A stretch of DNA of 35,404 nt, taken from an uncultured bacterium (GTDB lineage: Bacteria; Fidelibacterota; Marinisomatia; Marinisomatales; Marinisomataceae). Location: assembly GCA_964482595.1 (NCBI GenBank), contig CAYZYM010000053.1, positions 1 through 35,404 on the forward strand, in the 5' to 3' direction. The position numbers and the translations under genes are program-made. The notes under the pieces are model-generated. The model searched no databases and was not told the DNA's origin. It saw nothing but the letters and a program-made list of their open reading frames with translations. This document shows, in pieces, positions 1 through 6,259 of this stretch (positions are counted from its first letter, which is position 1; the number at the start of each line of letters is the position of its first letter).

Positions 1-2729
1 TCGCTCCATCCATATGGATTAGTTTCAAATTGTTCTTCCCATATAATATCTTGTTGTGCAGTTGCCCATATAAGATTGTTTTTTGTTGTGTTAGTTGAGT
101 TTGTTCCATCAGATACTGTTAAACTAACATTATATTGACCAGAAGCAGTATAAGTATGCGAAGGAGATTGGTCAGTGCTAGTATTACCATCACCAAAATC
201 CCAATCCCATGATGTAGGGCTTCCTGTTGATCTATCATTAAATTGTACAGTTAGTGGAAATACGCCAGAAGTTTTATCAGGAGTAAATGCAGCATTTAAA
301 GGTGCAGTTGAAGTAAATCCAGTTGAATAAAACATTCCACGTCCATGTGTACCTGCAGCCATTGCTCCATCAGCTGGACGTACAGCCAACATATCAGTTC
401 TTACATTTGCTAATCCATCATTGGATGGATTCCATGTTATGCTTGATGCAGTGATATCATCTGAAACCCATGTTCCAAGTTCTGTAGCGACAATAACTTG
501 ATTAAAGTTACTTCTATTATATAATCCCCATCTAATAGGCATATCAGCTAAATCGCCTTCAACATCAATCCACCCATTTGATCCACCGCCACCTACAGTT
601 TCCCAAACAGAACGAGCTCCATAATTAGAAACAGTAACTAAAATTTGATTATCATCTTCTCCAATATCAATCGATGATATATATCCACTGATGCCTGATC
701 CACTAATTTCAGTTGCAGCATAACTGCTTGTGTGCGCATCTGTGATTTTAAATACACGACCAGAAGAGGTTCCAACAAATAAGACCCCATCTGTATGAGG
801 AGACATCTTAAATGCAGATGCAGTAGATCCTAGAGTAACATTCATTAAAGTTTTATCTGCTAAATTAACATAATTGTTTAATCTTAATATGGTTGATCCA
901 TCAACGGCAGAATAGAAAGCTTTGTTTGCACCATCAACAACAGAAGGATTAATAAAAAATCCGGTATCACCACCGCTAGCATCTTCATGATTTGCATAGT
1001 AAGACCAACTTCCACCACCGTTTGTGCTTCTGTATATGTTATTATATGTTGTTGCAGTAAATTGATAGCTTGGATCTACTTGATCAATGTGTGTATAAGC
1101 TCCATCACCACCAACTCTTTGGTTTCCACTTTGAATTCCAGTGCCACTAATATTCCAAGTTCCGTTATCTTGTGTTCCACCTACCATATATTCACTTCCA
1201 GTATCTGGATGCAATGCTACAGAATAGAATTGACTTACGTTGTATCCTGTATTTCTTTCATTAACCGTAGTGCCACCATCTGTTGTATAATATATTCCAC
1301 CATCATTTGAGAAAATAACTTTGTTACTATCAATAAATTTTATATTGTGTTGATCTACATGCATATATGGGTATTGTGATCCACCTGAATTTGTTACTTG
1401 TGTCCAGCTAGCAGCGCCATCTGTTGTTTTGAAAACATCAAGCTCACCAGCAAATACTACATTTGGATCATTCGGATCTACTCCAAGACTTAAATCATAA
1501 CTTGCTTGTCCATTTGCATCTCCTAGCACATTGCCATTTGCATCAACAGGGAATGGATCAGCTGTTCCAGCAGTATATACAGTCCAATTAGCACCACCAT
1601 CTGTTGTTTTTACAATCCATCCAACTTTTCTTGTATTTTCATTTTCAATCATTGCATACACAGTATTTGCATCAGAAGGAGCAACAGCAAGAATAACACG
1701 ATTCATTGTACCAATGGTGCCTAGCGATGCTTTTGTCCAGTTTGTACCATCATCAGAATAAAAGATATCACCACCACCATCACCATAAACATTTGTTCTT
1801 GATCCAGCCCAAATTCTATTATCACTTCCTAAATCTAAATCCATAATTTCATAGCGAGTATTGTCAGCAGTTAATTCTGAAACTTGTGTCCATGTTGATC
1901 CGCCATCTGTTGATCTCCATAAACCTGTGTTTGCTGATCCATGCCATTGACCTTCATAGTAGTGTCCACCAACTCCAGCATATATAACGCTTGAACCTGA
2001 TTCATTTCTTACAATAATATCAGTGACATAGTTAAACCCTTCTGTTGAACTAAGATGTGTCCAACTAGAACCACCATCTGTTGATTTCCACATTCCAAGT
2101 CCACGACTTGCTGTAGAAAAAACACCCATTCTTTCTCCAGTGCCTACATAAATGGTATTGCTATCATTTGGGTCAGAAGATATACTACATACTGCTAAGT
2201 TACCCCATGTTCCATCTACTTCATTCCATGTTGGAGCCGCAACAGTAATATCGTTGGTATACCATAATCCACCGGTAACTCCTGCTGCCCATAATTTTTT
2301 ATTTGTAGAGTCATTTGGATCAAGAAGCAATGCTCTTGTTCTTCCTCCAATGGTATTTGGTCCTCTTTCAGTCCAATTGACTTCACTCATACGATTTGCA
2401 TAAGAGAGACTTGCACGTTTTTGCTCTGCAAAATCTAAAGCAGTAAGTATTCGTTCTGTAGGAATTGTTCCTGTATTTAAATCATGAAGCATTAAGTAAT
2501 CATGAGTTCCTTTTAGATCTGGTCTAAGTGCTTTTGGTAATTTTTTTGATTGCTTAAAAGAAACTGTATCTCTTTTTAAAAAACTATTAACATAGTTTTC
2601 GTATTTGACACGTTTCTTTTCATTTAAAAAGTTTTCTACATCTTTTTGAATTGGTTGATATAGCACTAAAAATGATATAGTAAAACCAATGATGTAATTT
2701 ATTTTTTTTATATTCTTATTAATTAACAT
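1..2729 (-). CDS. Secreted BNR/Asp-box repeat beta-propeller protein (sortilin/VPS10-like) with a PKD domain; partial, 3' end runs off the left edge
   Basis: Not in the supplied track because there is no stop in the window. Hand translation of the minus strand from ATG 2729-2727 stays open to position 3 (frame checked at 2729-2601, 2099-2061 and 59-3). The N-terminus MLINKNIKKINYIIGFTISFLVLY is a signal/anchor-like segment. Repeated Asp-box motifs are present: KSTDGGSSW at 2087-2061, plus RSTDGGSTW, SDDGTNW, TTDGGANW, TTDGAASW, STNGGGSW. A PKD signature PLTVQFNDRSTG..WDWDFGDGNTS..HTYTASGQYNVSLTVSDG lies at about 297-100. Confidence 0.75.
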   Translation of the reverse strand, partial: MLINKNIKKINYIIGFTISFLVLYQPIQKDVENFLNEKKRVKYENYVNSFLKRDTVSFKQSKKLPKALRPDLKGTHDYLMLHDLNTGTIPTERILTALDFAEQKRASLSYANRMSEVNWTERGPNTIGGRTRALLLDPNDSTNKKLWAAGVTGGLWYTNDITVAAPTWNEVDGTWGNLAVCSISSDPNDSNTIYVGTGERMGVFSTASRGLGMWKSTDGGSSWTHLSSTEGFNYVTDIIVRNESGSSVIYAGVGGHYYEGQWHGSANTGLWRSTDGGSTWTQVSELTADNTRYEIMDLDLGSDNRIWAGSRTNVYGDGGGDIFYSDDGTNWTKASLGTIGTMNRVILAVAPSDANTVYAMIENENTRKVGWIVKTTDGGANWTVYTAGTADPFPVDANGNVLGDANGQASYDLSLGVDPNDPNVVFAGELDVFKTTDGAASWTQVTNSGGSQYPYMHVDQHNIKFIDSNKVIFSNDGGIYYTTDGGTTVNERNTGYNVSQFYSVALHPDTGSEYMVGGTQDNGTWNISGTGIQSGNQRVGGDGAYTHIDQVDPSYQFTATTYNNIYRSTNGGGSWSYYANHEDASGGDTGFFINPSVVDGANKAFYSAVDGSTILRLNNYVNLADKTLMNVTLGSTASAFKMSPHTDGVLFVGTSSGRVFKITDAHTSSYAATEISGSGISGYISSIDIGEDDNQILVTVSNYGARSVWETVGGGGSNGWIDVEGDLADMPIRWGLYNRSNFNQVIVATELGTWVSDDITASSITWNPSNDGLANVRTDMLAVRPADGAMAAGTHGRGMFYSTGFTSTAPLNAAFTPDKTSGVFPLTVQFNDRSTGSPTSWDWDFGDGNTSTDQSPSHTYTASGQYNVSLTVSDGTNSTNTTKNNLIWATAQQDIIWEEQFETNPYGWS

Positions 2730-3741
2730 ATATATACCCATTTTCTAAACCAGTTACCGCAATACTATTGCCATCTACATCAAGAAAAATAACATCAGCG
2801 CTATCAAAAATGATTGATGTTCCTGTAGTAGATCCTACAGTAAAATCTATATTCGCAATCACTCCATCTCCATCTGCAGATGGTTTGTCGCTCGATAGAG
2901 ATGATGTGTAGATAGTAACTGCACCATCTTCGTTAGTAACAATCATTAATGGATCTGTATTGCCAGTTAAGAAGTCTCCAGCAGTTACATCTCCAATAGT
3001 TAATGCAGCTGGATCAAAAACTAATTTTGCTTGAGCGGCTGCTAATCCAGTTACTCCTACAACCTTAAGACTTACTGTGAAAGTAGCGCCTGCGCTTGTA
3101 TCTGTATATTTTGGATCAACAATAAGCGCTGGTGTTAACAGATCACTTACATTAATATATTCAGTTTTTGTTTCTAAATCTGTTCCGCCTTCACCTAAAA
3201 CATCTAAAGATACATCATAGCTTCCTGTTGCAGTATATGTATGCATAGGATTATCCTCAGTGCTTGTATTACCATCTCCAAAATCCCAAGTAGATTGATA
3301 AAAACGTACTGAATTATTAATAAATTGAACTCTTAAATTAGGAGTTCCGCTAGTAGTCGTTGCTTCAAATGCAGCATTTGGTGGTACTGCTTGAACTGTA
3401 ATATAATCTGTCTTTGTAGTAGAGTCAGTTCCACCTGGTCCCACAACAGTTAATTTAACACTGTAAGTGCCAGGTTCTGTATACTGATAAGTTGGAGTAT
3501 AGGTTCCGCCATCTACTGTACCATCATTGTTAAAATCCCATTGATGAGAATTAATTGTTCCTGTAGATGTAGATGCAAACTGTACTGTTAATGGCACTGA
3601 TCCTGATAAAGGACTTCCTGTGAATGCTGCTACTGGAGCTGGGTCAGGTGGTCCGGTTCCGCCACCGTCTTCACCGCCACCGCCACCGCCACCGCCGCAG
3701 CTTAGCAATACAATCCAAAATAATAATACTAATCTTTTCAA
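2719..3741 (-). CDS. Surface lipoprotein: lipobox + poly-Gly linker, two PKD domains, C-terminal cohesin-like domain
   Basis: 340-aa ORF with a TTG start at 3741-3739, preceded by AAGGGG (3756-3751). MKRLVLLFWIVLLSC is a signal peptide with lipobox Cys, followed by G8. Two PKD signatures: PLTVQFASTSTG..WDFNNDGTVD..YTEPGTYSVKLTV and LRVQFINNS..WDFGDGNTS..HTYTATGSYDVSLDV. The last ~135 aa (FTVSLKVVGVTGLAAAQAKLVFDPAALTIGDVTAGDFL...GVIANIDFTVGS...) follow the cohesin-module pattern. The stop overlaps the start of the next gene by 11 nt. Confidence 0.8.
   Translation of the reverse strand: MKRLVLLFWIVLLSCGGGGGGGGEDGGGTGPPDPAPVAAFTGSPLSGSVPLTVQFASTSTGTINSHQWDFNNDGTVDGGTYTPTYQYTEPGTYSVKLTVVGPGGTDSTTKTDYITVQAVPPNAAFEATTTSGTPNLRVQFINNSVRFYQSTWDFGDGNTSTEDNPMHTYTATGSYDVSLDVLGEGGTDLETKTEYINVSDLLTPALIVDPKYTDTSAGATFTVSLKVVGVTGLAAAQAKLVFDPAALTIGDVTAGDFLTGNTDPLMIVTNEDGAVTIYTSSLSSDKPSADGDGVIANIDFTVGSTTGTSIIFDSADVIFLDVDGNSIAVTGLENGYIYVN
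3673..3696 (-). repeat. (GGCGGT)x4 hexanucleotide tandem repeat encoding the Gly8 linker right after the lipobox Cys
   Basis: The plus strand reads accgccaccgccaccgccaccgcc. On the minus strand this is four perfect GGC-GGT units, immediately 3' of the TGC Cys codon (3699-3697). Confidence 0.9.
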
Positions 3742-3817
3742 AATTGGCTACCCCTTACTAGGTTGAAGATTAATCTACAATAATTGTAGCCATTTTTCCA
3801 GAATTGTCTTTATTTGG

Positions 3818-4900
3818 TTATTTTTTTGTAACTGAGACATTTCTATCGTTTAAATACGATAAAATAAAATCTAAACATCCCTCTTTTTCTCCAATGGTTT
3901 CTGGAGGGAAAACTCCCCTATCATCCCATAGTTTTTCTAATATTAAATTGATTGTTGCAGTTGCGGTATATCCTGTAGTGCGTGCCATGGATGTTGTATT
4001 GGAATCAATATTGAACTCATCATAAAGGTGATATTGAATTTTATTTTCTTTTCCTTTTATAACAATGTCCATAATTGTGAATTCTTCTTCATTTTCTTTT
4101 AATTGCCATTCTTTGAATAATTTTTCTGAAGTATGATGGATATTTTCTGCATTAAACAACCCTTTTTCTTTATAGTCTTTCATAAGACTTGCGTGTTTTG
4201 GGTATCGTAGTGTTTTTTCTTTCATATTTGGAATATGATTCATTGTTGATAAGATAGATCGCAATCCATCAGTATTAAATGCTTCTAATTCTCCGCATTC
4301 TTCAAAAGCTATGGTTTCTATTTCAGATAAAGCAGATTTTGTTACAAGCTGTCCATCAACCATCATTCTAGCTGGACGTGTATATTCTTCTATAACATCA
4401 ATTGGCGAAAAAGGTGCTTTATAATAAAAGGGAGGAGTAGGATTTTTTGGAAGACCTCCAACGCAATATTCAAATGCGTGGATATCCATTTTTGTATTCC
4501 AGTATCCAAGTAGATAGTTTGGTATTCCAGGAGCAACTCCTGCATCTACAATAGCGGTAACATTTTTTTGTTTTGCAAGATTATTAAGCCCTAGAACATT
4601 TTCTGGTGAAAATGAAATATCAACGACATTTTTTCCAGCTTCAATAATTATTTTCAGTGCATCATAACCTAGAAAGCCAGGGACAGCCAATAAAACAATA
4701 TCTGCGGGTTTAATCCATTTCTGTAGAGCACTTTTATCTTGAACATCTAACGGATGAATGCTAATTGAATTATCTTGAGATTTAATTTTATTGAGAGATT
4801 CTATGTTTTTATCTGACAAAGATACATTGTGGCTCTTTGCAAGATCTAGCGCCATTGCGCTTCCAACCATTCCACTGCCAATTTGAAAAATATGCGCCAC
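3818..4900 (-). CDS. Saccharopine dehydrogenase-family NAD(P)-binding oxidoreductase
   Basis: 360-aa ORF with an N-terminal Rossmann motif IFQIGSGMVGSAMALDL. Further matches are LLAVPGFLGYDALKIIIEAGKNVVDISF, VDAGVAPGIPN and a C-terminal region (FYYKAPFSPIDVIEEYTRPA...EAFNTDGLRS), as in saccharopine / carboxynorspermidine dehydrogenase-type proteins. The substrate cannot be assigned. The GTG start at 4900 is the only start that keeps the Rossmann beta1 strand. Confidence 0.7.
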   Translation of the reverse strand: MAHIFQIGSGMVGSAMALDLAKSHNVSLSDKNIESLNKIKSQDNSISIHPLDVQDKSALQKWIKPADIVLLAVPGFLGYDALKIIIEAGKNVVDISFSPENVLGLNNLAKQKNVTAIVDAGVAPGIPNYLLGYWNTKMDIHAFEYCVGGLPKNPTPPFYYKAPFSPIDVIEEYTRPARMMVDGQLVTKSALSEIETIAFEECGELEAFNTDGLRSILSTMNHIPNMKEKTLRYPKHASLMKDYKEKGLFNAENIHHTSEKLFKEWQLKENEEEFTIMDIVIKGKENKIQYHLYDEFNIDSNTTSMARTTGYTATATINLILEKLWDDRGVFPPETIGEKEGCLDFILSYLNDRNVSVTKK

Positions 4901-4908
4901 TTTATGTG

Positions 4909-4982
4909 CGGGATAGACGGGACTTGAACCCGCGACCTCCGGCTTGACAGGCCGGCGTTCTAACCAGCTGAACTACTACCCC
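4909..4982 (-). tRNA. tRNA-Asp (anticodon GUC), 74 nt, no encoded CCA
   Basis: The minus strand folds by hand into a cloverleaf. Acceptor GGGGTAG/CTATCCC (one G-U pair). D arm GTTC-AGCTGGTTA-GAAC. Anticodon arm CCGGC-CTGTCAA-GCCGG, with GTC at 4948-4946. Variable loop AGGTC. T arm GCGGG-TTCAAGT-CCCGT. Discriminator G at 4909. It forms a GC-rich island in an AT-rich background. Confidence 0.93.
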
Positions 4983-4983
4983 A

Positions 4984-5199
4984 TTAATTATTTCTATGCA
5001 ATAATGCATATGGAATTATAATTAAATAACCGATTAATAAAATTATAGGAGAAAGGGTAAGGCTTTGAAAGCTATTAACCTCTCCTAAGTACATTATCAA
5101 ATAACCCAAGATTATAACGAAAACTCCAATGCCAAACAAAACATAATTTTTTCTTTTGTATGGCCATTGAAAATTTACTTTATCTTTATTATCACTCAT
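4984..5199 (-). CDS. Small two-TM membrane protein (DUF3098-like)
   Basis: 71 aa with a basic N-terminus (MSDNKDKVNFQWPYKRKNY) followed by two hydrophobic helices (VLFGIGVFVIILGYLIMYL; LSPIILLIGYLIIIPYALL). Size and layout resemble the DUF3098 family of Bacteroidota-like genomes. The family assignment is from memory of the pattern, not a search. Confidence 0.55.
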   Translation of the reverse strand: MSDNKDKVNFQWPYKRKNYVLFGIGVFVIILGYLIMYLGEVNSFQSLTLSPIILLIGYLIIIPYALLHRNN

Positions 5200-5234
5200 T
5201 ATCTAGAAAAGTTAAATGTGTTATACAAAGTTTC

Positions 5235-5246
5235 CAAAAATATAAT
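5235..5246. promoter_or_regulatory. Candidate divergent promoter elements in the 64-nt spacer between the DUF3098-like gene and mltG
   Basis: Plus-strand TATAAT at 5241-5246, 17 nt before the mltG ATG. Minus-strand TATTTTTG at 5242-5235 matches the Bacteroidota-type -7 motif TAnnTTTG. These are motif matches only, in an AT-rich background. Confidence 0.25.
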
Positions 5247-5263
5247 TAATTTCTGCGTTCCTA

Positions 5264-6259
5264 ATGGAACAGGATATCAACAATAAAACAAAAACTATTC
5301 TATCTAATTTATTTGTTATTGGATTTTTGATTTTTTTGTTTTTTTCTACACTGAATACTAATTCGATTGAAAGAACAACATTTGTAATCAAAAAAGGAAT
5401 GTCTTTAAATAGGCTTACAAATGTTTTGTATGAAAAGAATATTATTAGCAATAAGGCTGTTTTTAAATATTCGGTTGTATTAAGAGGTTTATCCGGGAAT
5501 ATCCCAACAGGAACTTTTGTTGTAGAGGGAAATGTTAGCAATGGGAAAATAATAGAAACAATTTTCAATGATGGACCAATGAGAATAAAGATTACTTTTC
5601 CTGAAGGGTTAAGATCTGATAAGATAGTTGAAAAAATTGATACCACCTTTGGATATAGTACTGCCAATCTAATTAATGATCCTATATTCATAAATCAATT
5701 CGAGATTAATTCTAGCTCTTTAGAAGGTTATCTATATCCCGACACTTACTATTTTTTTTATGATATGAATGCGGAACAGATTTTAACAGTTATGGTCAAT
5801 CAATTTTGGAATAATTTCGATGAATCATTATTAAAGAGAACAAATGAATTAGGGTTAACAGTTCACGAAGTAGTAACTTTAGCATCTATTATTGAAGGTG
5901 AAGCAATGATTGACAGTGAGCGCACAACAATTTCTTCAGTGTACCATAATAGATTAAAGACTCGAATGAAACTACAAGCAGACCCTACAATACAGTATTT
6001 ATTTGAAGACGGACCAAAAACTTTATTAACAAAACACTTGACAATTGATTCTCCATATAATACATATATATACTATGGTTTACCACCAGGTCCGATTAAC
6101 AGCCCTGGAATTAAATCAATTGAAGCTGCGCTTTATCCAGAAGACACTGATTATTTGTATTTTGTGGCCAAAGGGGATGGATCTCATGTATTTAGCACAA
6201 ATGAATTTGATCACTTAAAAGCAAAAAGAGCGTACAAGAAACAGAAAAGAATGAAATGA
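5264..6259 (+). CDS. mltG: Endolytic murein transglycosylase MltG (YceG family)
   Basis: 331 aa with an N-terminal TM segment. YceG hallmarks are LEGYLYPDTYYF, ASIIEGEA (catalytic Glu region), VYHNRL, LQADPTIQY and SPYNTYIYYGLPPGPINSPG. Confidence 0.9.
   Translation: MEQDINNKTKTILSNLFVIGFLIFLFFSTLNTNSIERTTFVIKKGMSLNRLTNVLYEKNIISNKAVFKYSVVLRGLSGNIPTGTFVVEGNVSNGKIIETIFNDGPMRIKITFPEGLRSDKIVEKIDTTFGYSTANLINDPIFINQFEINSSSLEGYLYPDTYYFFYDMNAEQILTVMVNQFWNNFDESLLKRTNELGLTVHEVVTLASIIEGEAMIDSERTTISSVYHNRLKTRMKLQADPTIQYLFEDGPKTLLTKHLTIDSPYNTYIYYGLPPGPINSPGIKSIEAALYPEDTDYLYFVAKGDGSHVFSTNEFDHLKAKRAYKKQKRMK

Noticed and set aside
987-2403. Three plus-strand ORFs from the track (987-1310, 1531-1761, 2152-2403)
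   Set aside because: All lie antisense inside the long minus-strand BNR-propeller ORF, which has clear repeated Asp-box and PKD motifs. Their translations are low-complexity with no motifs.
3804-4025. 73-aa plus-strand ORF
   Set aside because: It is antisense to the 3' end of the saccharopine-dehydrogenase-family gene and has no motif or start context.
3818-4982. tRNA-Asp as the boundary of an integrated genomic island
   Set aside because: There is no integrase or recombinase. I saw no direct repeat of the tRNA 3' end by eye. The gene adjacent to the tRNA is an ordinary metabolic dehydrogenase. The idea is kept only as a caveat in the composition finding.
5221-5691. 156-aa minus-strand ORF overlapping the 5' part of mltG
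   Set aside because: It is antisense to a gene with unambiguous YceG/MltG motifs. It is a hydrophobic, low-complexity translation typical of the reverse frame in AT-rich DNA. It would also consume the promoter spacer of the neighbouring gene.
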